From the IMG/VR virus record IMGVR_UViG_3300030380_005901, positions 95,563 through 159,562 of that record: a stretch of DNA of 64,000 nucleotides. One strand, written 5' to 3'. Positions 26,171-38,200 of the stretch are shown one piece after another; position 1 is the first letter of the stretch, and the number at the start of each line of letters is the position of its first letter. Both the position numbers and the translations under genes were made by a program. Source of the stretch: a virus. The notes under the pieces were generated by a model that searched no databases, was not told the origin of the DNA, and was given only the letters and a program-made list of their open reading frames with translations.

Positions 26171-28375
26171 TTAAAAATCAATTGTTAGTTCAATAGAGGC
26201 AGTACTACTATCCGCTATTCTTATTGGTCTAGATAATTTACCTACCATTACTAAATTACCATCACTATCTAAAATACCTACTTCAGAAATAAATCTATCC
26301 TCACCTAAAGTATATGAAGTGTTACAACTAGTTGGTAATTGTGCCCCATCTACATTAATTGTAAATAAAGTTTTATAGATAGTCGCACCTATAAAAGTTC
26401 TTAAGTTACCATAAAATAATCTCTCATCCCCAAAATTTAATTTACCATAATTTTCCCCTTTTGGTAAATCTAATTCAACACCTAAATTAAATGTATTCCC
26501 ACTAGCATTATTATATTGACTACCTTTAAGGATGAATCCAGTGTTAGCACTATTTTGGTTTTCTAATAAAACTGGATTAATTGTTTCTCCTGAATTACCG
26601 GTAATATTATTACTAGTATAATTAATTTCTCTCCATTCTGATGGATTAGGTCTTGTTTGTGTCGACTTATTTATTTTTTGACTTAAAAGAACGAATTTAT
26701 TAGCGTAAAAACCATAACCGTCATAAGATGAAGATTCTAATTTTCTCATATAAGGTAACTGATTAATATTATTAATTCTAAATTGTAAATCTTTATCCGT
26801 AGATGTATTATTATCTAAAATAGTGTACCTTTGACAAGGTAATACTGAAGTAAACCCACTGTTTCCACTAAATTGTAAACCGTATGTTAAAAACATAGTT
26901 TCACCCGCTTCTAAACAACCGCTACAGTCCCCATCTACTGATGGTATAAGGCTGGCAGATAGATCGGGTAACGTATAATTTCTATTAGACTTATAAGACA
27001 TTGCTGCCAATAATTCTTCATTATCTATTACAACTATTTTTAATTGTGGAAATACCTTACCTACCGCTAATGGTGCATCAGGTGTAACACTCATAGTAGG
27101 ATCTTCGATTAAATCATAATATTGTATATCTGTTTGATTTAATTCTTTTTCTATTGTATCAGTAACAAATGTCATACCTAATGTTGTACCACTTCCTGTT
27201 ACTTCGTTTCTTCTATGCCAAAGGATAGGAATATCTAAATTTAACAATTTACCACTATTTCCATCTATATTAAACATTTCTCCATAAAAGTTAGAAATAC
27301 AACTATTAGTATAATGAATAACTGAAATACCTTTTATAAAAGGATCCATATAACTTACGGATAACATATCACTACTCAAATTTATTTGTGGTGTTTCGTT
27401 ATAGAGTAAATATTGTTTTGTTCCTGCGTATTGTTCCGAGCCGAATAAATCATGACTATGATAATTTTCACTATTATCTCTAAATTGTCCTGCCATATTT
27501 TCAGTCCACACATTATTCATATTCCACACAGGTATATTTTCTACACAAATATCACAACTACTATCAAAAGAAAGTGTTCCTGTATTCCAATATGATGATA
27601 ATGATGGTAATCCATAATATGTATCTTCGGGATCATCTCCACCAGGTAAAGTATAATATGTAATAACTGTTCCCGAAAATCCACTAAAAGTTGGTAGTTC
27701 TCTGTCCACTTTAATTGTGGATCCACTTATACTAGTTATATTATAAACTTGATTTACTGTAGCTGCAGTCATTGTTGGTGTAGTAATATCACCTAATGTA
27801 GGATTACTAAATCTAAACATTATAAAATCGTCTTCACTTGTGGCAGTTAACGTAATACCACTTAAAACTCCTTGTATAAATGGTGTAGTATCAATTTCAC
27901 CCGTAAAATTACTTAAATCAATAGTACCACTCTCTTTGATAAATCTTTCTGAAGTTTGTGCAGTTAAACCCTCACTAACAGTTGATCCAGAAAAGAATCC
28001 TCTATCCGCAGCTTCATTACTTACCACACCTTTAATTAATTGTAGACTACTACTACTATCAATGGGTTGTATAAAATTGTTATTATTATCTAATAAAAAA
28101 GATGTTAAAAATGGTTGTTTATCTTTAGGTCGTAATACTTTAGAATAAATATTTTTAGTTACAGAACCATCACCACCATAAAAATAAAATTCTCCTGTGG
28201 AGGCGTTACTTTTGGGGACAAACTCTTTCCACCCTTTTACGTAGTTATAATCTACTTCTGAATCACCCGCAATCCAAGAATTATAAGTTAATTTTCCTTG
28301 TGCTAGTTGTTCTCTACCAATGTCGGTTAACTTAACTCTTACTAATGCAGTATTTTGTTTATTTATATAACTCAT
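26171..28375 (-). CDS. virion structural protein, paralog of 24861..26159
   Basis: KLTDIGREQL..AGDSEVDY; ISEVGILDSDGNLVMVGK. Confidence 0.65.
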   Translation of the reverse strand: MSYINKQNTALVRVKLTDIGREQLAQGKLTYNSWIAGDSEVDYNYVKGWKEFVPKSNASTGEFYFYGGDGSVTKNIYSKVLRPKDKQPFLTSFLLDNNNNFIQPIDSSSSLQLIKGVVSNEAADRGFFSGSTVSEGLTAQTSERFIKESGTIDLSNFTGEIDTTPFIQGVLSGITLTATSEDDFIMFRFSNPTLGDITTPTMTAATVNQVYNITSISGSTIKVDRELPTFSGFSGTVITYYTLPGGDDPEDTYYGLPSLSSYWNTGTLSFDSSCDICVENIPVWNMNNVWTENMAGQFRDNSENYHSHDLFGSEQYAGTKQYLLYNETPQINLSSDMLSVSYMDPFIKGISVIHYTNSCISNFYGEMFNIDGNSGKLLNLDIPILWHRRNEVTGSGTTLGMTFVTDTIEKELNQTDIQYYDLIEDPTMSVTPDAPLAVGKVFPQLKIVVIDNEELLAAMSYKSNRNYTLPDLSASLIPSVDGDCSGCLEAGETMFLTYGLQFSGNSGFTSVLPCQRYTILDNNTSTDKDLQFRINNINQLPYMRKLESSSYDGYGFYANKFVLLSQKINKSTQTRPNPSEWREINYTSNNITGNSGETINPVLLENQNSANTGFILKGSQYNNASGNTFNLGVELDLPKGENYGKLNFGDERLFYGNLRTFIGATIYKTLFTINVDGAQLPTSCNTSYTLGEDRFISEVGILDSDGNLVMVGKLSRPIRIADSSTASIELTIDF

Positions 28376-28394
28376 TACTAATTCTTATTTTAAT

Positions 28395-28402
28395 ATAAAT
28401 AT
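28395..28402 (-). promoter_or_regulatory. putative late promoter ATATTTAT
   Basis: Upstream of ATG 28375. Confidence 0.7.
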
Positions 28403-28419
28403 GCTCAATGTAAATATTA

Positions 28420-31344
28420 TTAATAAATATTTCCTCTATTTGTGACAATTTCTATAGGAATTGTCGTACTATAGGTAACACTTGTTATTATTTCCCCAAC
28501 AATAGGTGTATATAATTTTTGGTTTTTAACTCTATAAATTAATTTATCACCAGCAACCGCTTCACTTAAATCAATAATCAAAGAATAATTATTTTGTCCT
28601 AATACATAAGGTGTAGATGCAATATATTTTACGTCCTTAAAATCTTCGTCACTTACATCTGTAACTTCTATAGTAAATAATCCTTCTTGACATATTGTAG
28701 GTGCATTAGGTATTACCCAAGATAACTCAGGTTTATTTGTTTCCACACTTCCAAATACACCACTAATAGGATTAAAAAACACTTGAATTAAATCACCTTT
28801 TTTAATTTCTACTAAAATTATTAGTCTTCTAGGATCTGTATCTGATCTCATATACTCTATATTATATGAAAGTTGGTTACCATTTAAAGTTAACCCTACA
28901 TCACCTATTGCATCAACCGGTAAATAATACTCATATGTTTGTTGAGTAGTATTATAATATAATTTATCTTCTTTCCCTTGTTGTCCTGTAGGTCCTGAAG
29001 AAATAGGTTCAGTTACGGTATAATTATCAATTGATAATTCATTTGGATTACCGTCCTCCACAAATGCTAACGTAACCATTCTATCTGCTAATGTTGGTGT
29101 AAAAAAGTCTATATAAAATGCATTAGGTGTGTCTGTATTAGCACTATATTCAACCCCTTTTGATTGAATTACCCCATTATAAGACACTAAGGGATCTGAT
29201 AAAGAGTTATAAAAAAATCTAGTGTCTCCAGATTCAGTTTTAAATGAAGTTACTCTTAAATTACTGATGGTATTAGGTTCTCCTGGCTCATTAATGAAGG
29301 TTGGTTCGTCCGCTTCAAAAAGATTTAAAAAGTACCAATCTGTTTCGGGATTATATAAATTATATTCCGTACCTCTTTTATAGTTATTAACACTATTTCT
29401 TCTTCTACCTAATTCTTTTTGTATTAATGTTTTAATCGGATAATCAAAATATCCTTTTATTATAAATTCCCCCTCATCTATTTCATTTAAAGGTATTGTT
29501 AATGTAGTACCACTTTCTCCACTAAATAAAGTATAATCAAAATCCTCTACTAAAACGGGATTATCATTAAATACACCTCTCTCACAATCAAAAGAATAAA
29601 TTTCTGCAGTGAAATTCAATTTATTTGGTTGTATGACATTTGAAACGTCATTTAATATTAAGTCAAACTCAAAAGGAGTTCTATCACGATCACTTATATA
29701 AACATATCTATCACAAGATAATGTCTTACTAGTTATAACATTTGGTAATCCCCATGTGGACGTAATACCTGTACTGATACCTGTTAATGAAAACCCTTCT
29801 TCTTCAAAATTACATTGTACCCCTAATCCGTTAGGTCTATGTATAATGTGTAAAAAATCTTTTAGATAATCAGCAACATATATTTTTTCATCAGGACCCA
29901 TTTGTAACGCACCTAAACTAGCAGTAATAGGTAAGTCAGCCACAATAATACTATTATCTACCATTTCAGTAGAAGAAGTGTAAGTTAAATCATATTGTAT
30001 TATTTTATTAGATGCACCATCACTTACATAGAATTTAGAAGAATCGGATGAAAATTCTAAACCATAAGGTCCGTTTATAAAAAATGTGTCACCACTTATT
30101 AATAACTCATTAGACAATGTACCACCTGTATTATTAAAATCTAATACTTGAATTAGGTTCTCATCATAAAATAGTGAAACTAATTTACTACTATCTGGTG
30201 ACGTTTTCATATACCCCCTATTAGTATTATATGTAGTACCTGTATCACTTATTACTGCAGATGCTATACCACCACTCTTTACCCTAAACGAATAAAATTT
30301 AGAATCTCCACTAGTGTGTGTTATAACCCAATAATCAGTTTCATTAAAATGAGAACAAGCGGTAACTTTTTCACAAATAGGGGTACTAATTAAAGGCATA
30401 TTTTTAAAAATAATTTTACCATCTCCACCTGCCCTATTCATATCCACTAAACTATATTCAAAACCATTAGGGTTACCTTCAAAGTCAGTAGTAAATATAT
30501 AATACTCATTACTATTTGGTCGAGGTACGATTATACTAGATTGGGTAGAAGTACCTGAACTTCTCAAATTAGCCCCTTGTTGCATAATAGTATTAGCACT
30601 AGTAAAAACTGTTTCACCATCAGTATAAAATAATAAATTACCTTCTTGATTAGATATACTACTACATCCTTCTTGTGATACTACTGCACCACTTATCACA
30701 ACAGGTGTTGCCCCACTTTTTATGGGATCGAAACTTATACCAGCTCTCTGCCCAAACAACCAATTATAATTTAATCTATCATAAGTATATTCATTATTAT
30801 CAAAAGTTACTGGACCACATAGTGTGTCATTACTACCGGAAATAGGTATTTTTCGTGTTCCTCTAGGTGTAAATTGTGGATAATCAAAACCATAAACATC
30901 TGATCTTTCTTCATGTGAATACTTATCTTCATTACTTACAGGCTCCCAACCTAAATAAATCTTTTTTTCACTTATTGCACCATAATGTTCATAAGTTTTA
31001 CCACCATCTATATATTGCATAGGGATATTTGCAAAAATTTCTTTATCAATTAAATTTTCATCTTCATCTAATTCGTAATTAAAAAAACATAATTTGTTAA
31101 TAGGTGCATCAGTTAAGGCGGTATTACCCATACTTTGTGGTACGGGCTTAAATATTAAATTTTTAACCTGTGAAAGATCATCCATAAAATATGCCCTATT
31201 AACTGTAAATAATGAAGGGGATAAAGAACTAGCTAGATAGTTAATATTTAAATTAATATCTACTTCAGTTCTAACCTCGTTTTCGGTTACTACTTTACCA
31301 TTAACACTAATTGGGTTTATTATATTTGCCTTTATATTCGCCAT
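28420..31344 (-). CDS. tail/baseplate-associated protein containing a Flavobacteria-type beta-propeller
   Basis: NWLFG..EGCSSIS..GNLLFYTDG..STQS..YSLVDM..SPD..YGLEFS..LQMGPDEKIYVA..GLPN. Confidence 0.65.
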   Translation of the reverse strand: MANIKANIINPISVNGKVVTENEVRTEVDINLNINYLASSLSPSLFTVNRAYFMDDLSQVKNLIFKPVPQSMGNTALTDAPINKLCFFNYELDEDENLIDKEIFANIPMQYIDGGKTYEHYGAISEKKIYLGWEPVSNEDKYSHEERSDVYGFDYPQFTPRGTRKIPISGSNDTLCGPVTFDNNEYTYDRLNYNWLFGQRAGISFDPIKSGATPVVISGAVVSQEGCSSISNQEGNLLFYTDGETVFTSANTIMQQGANLRSSGTSTQSSIIVPRPNSNEYYIFTTDFEGNPNGFEYSLVDMNRAGGDGKIIFKNMPLISTPICEKVTACSHFNETDYWVITHTSGDSKFYSFRVKSGGIASAVISDTGTTYNTNRGYMKTSPDSSKLVSLFYDENLIQVLDFNNTGGTLSNELLISGDTFFINGPYGLEFSSDSSKFYVSDGASNKIIQYDLTYTSSTEMVDNSIIVADLPITASLGALQMGPDEKIYVADYLKDFLHIIHRPNGLGVQCNFEEEGFSLTGISTGITSTWGLPNVITSKTLSCDRYVYISDRDRTPFEFDLILNDVSNVIQPNKLNFTAEIYSFDCERGVFNDNPVLVEDFDYTLFSGESGTTLTIPLNEIDEGEFIIKGYFDYPIKTLIQKELGRRRNSVNNYKRGTEYNLYNPETDWYFLNLFEADEPTFINEPGEPNTISNLRVTSFKTESGDTRFFYNSLSDPLVSYNGVIQSKGVEYSANTDTPNAFYIDFFTPTLADRMVTLAFVEDGNPNELSIDNYTVTEPISSGPTGQQGKEDKLYYNTTQQTYEYYLPVDAIGDVGLTLNGNQLSYNIEYMRSDTDPRRLIILVEIKKGDLIQVFFNPISGVFGSVETNKPELSWVIPNAPTICQEGLFTIEVTDVSDEDFKDVKYIASTPYVLGQNNYSLIIDLSEAVAGDKLIYRVKNQKLYTPIVGEIITSVTYSTTIPIEIVTNRGNIY

Positions 31345-31349
31345 TATTT

Positions 31350-31357
31350 ATAAATAT
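31350..31357 (-). promoter_or_regulatory. putative late promoter ATATTTAT
   Basis: 5 nt upstream of ATG 31344. Confidence 0.7.
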
Positions 31358-31380
31358 ATTTTATTTTATAGTTTTTTATT

Positions 31381-32193
31381 TTATTCTAAACAATCAATTA
31401 TTAGTTGATCATCTTGATCCCATTCATTATCTCCCACTACCGTAACATTACCTTCATATTCATTAGTTTCATATATTTGTGTTATAAACGCAGTATTATA
31501 AGTTGTTATATTTGTTGCAGTTGCATTTTCTCTACATTTTTTATACTTTTCTTTTAAAACATTTAAATATTGTAATAAACTATTATATTCAGAGTTTGAC
31601 GTACAACCACTACTAACACTATTATTTTCTAAATTAATTAACTGTTGTTGTATCATTTCTATTTCAACACTTAAAGAATAACAATCATTTTTAGAATCTA
31701 CAAAATTCTGTTGTGATAATTTTTCTTTTTCTGCTAACTCAATACACTCACTATTTTTTACTACTAATTCTTCTTTTAATTTATTAATTTGATTATTTAA
31801 ATCTTTTTCACTTTTATTTATTACACTTAGTTGTGTTTGTAAATTATTTAACTGGTTTGTTAAATTATTTATAATTGTACTATTTCCTGTATTAGGATTG
31901 TCGTTAACATTGTCACCTACATTTGGTGTCTTTCCGTCACCTGACGAAGGTAATCTATATTCATCGTTTGGTGTTTTACCTTCGGGTGTCATAGGATTTT
32001 TACCTATATTAGGATTCTTACTAGTATTAGGATTCTTACTAGTATTAGGATTCTTACTAGTATTAGGATTCTTACTAGTGGGGGGATTCTTACTAGTAGA
32101 AGGATTAAAAGGGTTAGTAGACAAAGGTGGACTAACACTTTTGTTACTATTACTTTTACTACTAATTACTTTTATTTTAGATGATTTTCCCAT
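31381..32193 (-). CDS. low-complexity, coiled-coil virion-associated protein with TSKNPN repeats
   Basis: ORF in the structural operon. Confidence 0.65.
   Translation of the reverse strand: MGKSSKIKVISSKSNSNKSVSPPLSTNPFNPSTSKNPPTSKNPNTSKNPNTSKNPNTSKNPNIGKNPMTPEGKTPNDEYRLPSSGDGKTPNVGDNVNDNPNTGNSTIINNLTNQLNNLQTQLSVINKSEKDLNNQINKLKEELVVKNSECIELAEKEKLSQQNFVDSKNDCYSLSVEIEMIQQQLINLENNSVSSGCTSNSEYNSLLQYLNVLKEKYKKCRENATATNITTYNTAFITQIYETNEYEGNVTVVGDNEWDQDDQLIIDCLE
31990..32097. repeat. 18-bp coding tandem repeat (4 perfect plus 2 degenerate units)
   Basis: attaggattcttactagt x4 at 32008-32079. Confidence 0.95.
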
Positions 32194-32204
32194 TTTTATT
32201 TTTT

Positions 32205-35200
32205 TTAACTTCTACTACTTCTACTATTTTTTTTATTACTACTTTGTTTATTTCTTTTTTGTCTTGCTTGTGTTGCTTTTTGTTTTTGTTCCTGATTAAG
32301 TTTATTTTTTATACTTTCACTTTGTTTTTCTTTTTTATTTGTTTGTTCTTCTTTTCTTTTATTTTCTTTCTGTTCTTTCTTTTGTTTTGTAGGAATATTT
32401 TTTGCTTTTTGGTTATTTAAATCATTTTTTACTGTACTTATTGCTAATTCTGTAGAATTTTTTTGTTGTTTTAATATATTTAATTGTTCCTCTAAGTTTG
32501 TTATTTGATTCTGAATTAATATTTTTTCTTCTTCACATAATTTACTAGATTCTGGTAAACACCCACCACCTAAACAAATATCCTCTACAGATATTTCTAC
32601 GCTTTGTTGTCCTATAGAATCTTGTGTTACACCACTTACTTTACAATTATCATTAACATCCATATAATTTAAGACATATTTTTTATATACAAATTTATTA
32701 TTATCAAAAATCGTATTTCTATAAACTTTACCAGAATTATCACAACCTTCCATAATTGTTGTTGATGGTATCACTTGTTCTATTAATTCTAACCAGTAAT
32801 CACCTATTAGATCCATAAATTGGAAAAGATTATTATATGTTAGTTTTCCACTGTGTTGTTCACCACAACCATTAGCTCGTAAATAAAGTTCGTAAAATAA
32901 TTTCAATGTAGGATAACCACTAATTGTTTGTCTGTTTTGTGCGTTAATCAAATTACTTTGTACCATTTCGTCAAACACCTCTTTTACTTTAATTTTAGAT
33001 GGGGGTTGTTCTAAGAAATCCAATGGGTTAACACATATTGTTTTGTCTACTACTTCACAAGTTACCCCACTACTATTTCCACTAAATGAAGAATGAGTGG
33101 TATTACCACAATGTGTACAATCTCCTTCATCATTTAAATCTATCCAAGTACATCCGCTGATTGAATTATTCCATATATAATTTTTATCTAAGTTAAGTCC
33201 GTTTTTACCACTACTTGTTAGTATAGTATTTAGATTTGTACAACACTCAGAAGTCATACCAGAAGTTTGGTTGAATGTTTGTGCAGACACACCATTAATA
33301 ATTTCTATTATTTCTCCACCACTATAAGGTGTTGTACCGCTATATACATACAAACCAAATAACGAAATAGTTCCATCCCCTTCTTCTACAATTAATCTCT
33401 GATCACTATTTAAAGTTTTTCTATCCCCAATAACCAATGTTTGTGTGTTACAATCATTATCCACTATATAAAGTTCTTCGATACTACCACCCTTTTCAAT
33501 TAAATCCCAATATCCTGCACTTAGTGATGAAGGATAATCTGCAGTTAATATATAATAATTTTCTTTTATGTCTTCTACAATATTCTCTAATGACCTATTA
33601 TAAATCTTACAATCACTTAACATACTACCTACTGAAGTAGTAGATAATGTTAATTCATAATTTTGTGTTGATTCACCAGTGTATGTAAATACACCCTCGT
33701 AGGTAACACTCTCACCACTACTACAAGACGATGGACACTCATCACAATTAATATTTTTCCAAAAATTGTAAACATCACATTCAATAGATTTAGACGGATC
33801 TATCTGAAATGCTGCAGACTTAGAATTTATAATTAAGTCAGAGTGATTGAAATCGTATTCCGTATATCTATATTCTAAATTTTGCCATAACCTATTTTGT
33901 GTAGTTATTTCTAATGGTGTTGCACATGTAACTTCATTTTCTACACACTTACCGTCAGGTAAATTTTTAACTGGTTTTATACTATCCCCAACATATACCC
34001 AAGACTTTCTATTATCTATAGTACAATTTAATTTAGGTAAACCATCACCCTGTGTATTATAAAATGGAAATATATCGTAAGTTTTATAATTTATTTGTAT
34101 ATTATCAATTAATAAACATACATCACACTCGTAGTTTTCTAACATTAACGATAAAAAGAATTGTTTATCTGGATATGCACCATTTAAATTATCTAATACG
34201 TCTTGTGGTATTTTTAATTCAAAGTTTTGCCATTTAGGCTCAAATATAGCATTTAACCCACTATAACCTTGTTCTGACAATGCCACAGTTATTGAATCTT
34301 CTAATAAATTACTATTATAATCTGAACCACCTATTACAACACCACTATAATTTTGTGGATTAAACCTCCATATTGGATTAGTATTTGACATAATTGGTAA
34401 TGTTGTCAAATTACTTACTACCTCGTTTTCTGGTATAGAACCTATAGTATTATTATCTACTTCTAAATTAAAACTTAATGTAAGTTCATCCATATATTCA
34501 AACGAAGTTGCCATTTTATCTTTAACAAATTCTAAATATTGATTGTATCTTGTTGTATACCAATCTTGATATAATACCTCCGTATCATAATATATGTCAT
34601 TTCTAGTTTTAGTTAAACTTCTAAGTAGTTCTTGAACCTCTTCTAAAGTTTCTTTACAACATTTGTTTTGAGTGGTATTACGTAATTGATTTTCTAAATT
34701 ATTTTTTACAGTTTTAATATCTTTTATAATCTCTTCTTTTTCTTTTTGTTCTTTTTTGTACTCTTCATTTATCTTTAACCTGTTTTTTTGTATTGTACCT
34801 AATTCTTCTTCAAGTTCTAGTTTTTTAATTTTTAATTTATTTGAGACGGCTTTTTGTGTACTTAATACTCTATTAACTTCTACTTTTTGTGGTGCAGTTA
34901 AATCAGTAGTATTACCCTTTCTTATCGTTGTACTATCAACATTTAATATTTTTGAAACTATATCAACATTTTTCTTAATATCGTTTTCTTGTTCTTTAGT
35001 TGATCTTAAAATATCATTTTCTTCATTTATATCTTCACAGAAAATAGTACTTTGTAATTCATTTAATTTATCTAAGGTTATATCATATTCACTATTAAGT
35101 CTATTTTTTGTTACTATATCGTTATTAGCTTCAGCCTTACTTAATTCATCACTAATTACATTACTTTTAACACAGTTTTGGAATAATTCTTGATATTTTT

Positions 35201-38200
35201 TCAACTCTTTACCTAATTCCATTTTTTTATTAGATAAACAAGTGTTGTATGCAGTAAATACAACATCTGGATTGTCAGATACATTGTTGGTTTGATTTCT
35301 ACAAAATTCTTCTATATTAAAATTTTCTATAATTTTAATTTGATCTTGATAAAGATTACAATCTATCTTCGGTAAATTTTCTTCTTTTACTGAATCTATT
35401 GCCGTAGTTACTTCTACAATATCATTTATTTGTTTATCAAGGTCTCTTACTTCTCTCTTTTTTAGTGAATGTTTAGTTTCTAAATCTACAATACTTTTCT
35501 TAAACTCTTTTTCTTTTTTATTTTTTTCTACTTCTTCAGATATTTGTTCTTTATCTGTTTCTACAATAAGATTACTCATTCTTAGGTTAGCATCGTTACA
35601 TATTGTTAATTCCGCCTCCATTAATTTTAATTGGTTGATTAATTTCCAATATTGTTTTAATACTTCACTATATGAACCTATTAATTGAGGGGTTAATAAC
35701 GCACATACATTAGGGGTAGTTATAATTTGTTCGAAATCATCACAATAATTTTCACCTCTAAATGTTACATAATCAACACAAGATTCATCCATAATATTAC
35801 TTACTAATTGATTGTCATCTAGAAGGTTTTTAATAATATTTTTAAAATCATCGTCTACCCAACTTGAAACATTACCATTTACATTAATTGCATTAACATT
35901 ACTCGCAAATTCTTCTTTAATTCTTCCCACATTTTCTTCATTCACTTTACCCCAATTAGAAATAGGTACTAATGTACCACCATACGCACTACAACATTCA
36001 TCTGATTCAGTAACAGTTTTTTGAAGTCCTGGTGTTTGCCATACTTGTATATTATTACTGTCCCAATACGGTATTAAATTAGGTATTCCATCTTTATCTG
36101 GCTTAGTTAAATCTAATGTTTCACCTTCCAACGGTACAATATCGGTATCGATATGAAGAATATTATCTTTTAATGTGTTTTTAATTTGTTCACCTTCAGT
36201 AAACACTATAAAGTTTCTACAATCTAAATTATATATACTGTTAGTATATAAATCTAATGGTATCGGACATGAATCTATACCCGCACACGCAATTAAGGAT
36301 TCCGCATTATATTTAATCATATAATCAAATTTAATGGTTACTTCATTGCTTTCATTATTGGTGGGTAAAAAGAACCCATCACTACCATTACTACCTAAAA
36401 TTAGTTTAACATCTTGTGTGTCTTCACAAGATATATGAGATTTGTCTACACAAGAATCTATAATAGAACCATTTGTGAAGTTGTTTGGTTCACCGTTATA
36501 AGGTACTAACTGATTAGTTTCAGGATTTATCTGAAATTGCCCAAAACCATAACCTTTACCTAAACAACATTCTTTATATAAATCTGCCCCACTATCTTTA
36601 GTGGCGTTCCAATCCAATGTAGTCTTACTATCTTCAACAGATACAAATGTTATTCTACCATATTGGTCAATATTATCAAGTTTCCATTTAGTAATATCTT
36701 GAAAGTCTGGATTACCAAAAGGAGAACCAAAGTCAGTATTTACTTCACCATCTTTACCTCCTATGTTACCTTTACTATAAACTCCTTTAGTATTAGACAT
36801 TACAGTAATAGTGTCTCCTTTACTTTTTACTGCATTTAAATTAGTTCCTTCTTCATACTTAGTATAACCTTTACTAGTGGCTGGTTTAATTGTTCTAGTA
36901 TTCTTTAACTCATTTTTTTGTTTTTGAGTATTTAATTCAATTTTCCTTTGTTCTAAATTTATTCTTTCTAAACGTAATTTAGATTTTTCTTTACCAGTTA
37001 TAGTCCTACTATTATCAATCTTTTTAGTAACTTCTCTTTGTTGTTTTTCAACCTTTTTTATTTCTTTTTCAATACTTTTTTGAGGGTTATTTAATTCACT
37101 TTTACCTCCCTTTGAGGGTTTAGTAATTGTTGGGGAAGTATTAGGTCTTCTACCATCAGTGTCATATATTGGTTCTGTTGGTTGTGGATCTGGCATCTCA
37201 TAATCATCTTGATCTATAAAATCACCATTTTTATCTCTACAATAAACTACGGTTGTAATAGTGCCATCTTCATTTCTTTTATTTACATAATAATGATCAA
37301 AACCATAATATGCACAACATTCTACCGTAGAATCATAAGTAGTATTAGTACCATCACAATCCACAGGAGTAAAATATTTTTCAAAGTTAGTAACCGGTTG
37401 TGCGTTTCTTACGGCTTCCACATATTTTTCTAATGATAATTGAGGATTATTTACTACCTCACTACTATAAAGTTTTTCATAATTAGGGAAAACAGTACCA
37501 TTAAGTTTTTTTATGTAATTAATTGCACTTAAACCCTTAAATGATAAAGTAATGCCTGCAACATTTGAAATATATCCCACAGGATTAGTGTCTTTATCAT
37601 AAATAACAAATTCTGCAATCTTATCTCCTATCTTAGTCGAAAATCCGTCTAATTCGGACTCGTCTTCAATAAAACCAAAAAACTTTTCTCCCTCTTCAGT
37701 TAACTGAAAACAACCCGATATTTCAAATTCATTACAACCAGTATTAGTACTAATTTGTGTTAAAATTTCTTTCCTAACTTTAGTAGTACAATCGGTTAAA
37801 AATTTAATTCTTTCTTCTTCACTTCTAAAAGTTTTACTTTTGGCTTCATTCAAACACTTTTCTTCATATTGTGGAAGTGATGTGTTATCAGGTTTAATTC
37901 GTATTATATTATCAGGAACAACATTTAATCCTTCTAATTGCCATAAAATTGCTTCTCCCGTATTTTCTATTGGTATACCGGGACAAGGAGGTTCTGTTGC
38001 ACAAAAGAATGATTCTTCATTTTGTTGATTAGTGTATGTAAAATATTGTCCTCCTGCTGCTACACAACACTGAGGAAACTCATCAAAATTAACTTGTGTA
38101 CCTTTTTCATCAGTAAAATAAATAATACCATTATCTTCTACCATAGTGTAAAAATCACAAGGATTTTCAATTACTTTAATAGCATCACAATCCGTATTTA

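Noticed and set aside
31990-32097. Tandem 18-bp repeats as a CRISPR array
   Set aside because: No spacers; in-frame coding repeat (TSKNPN)
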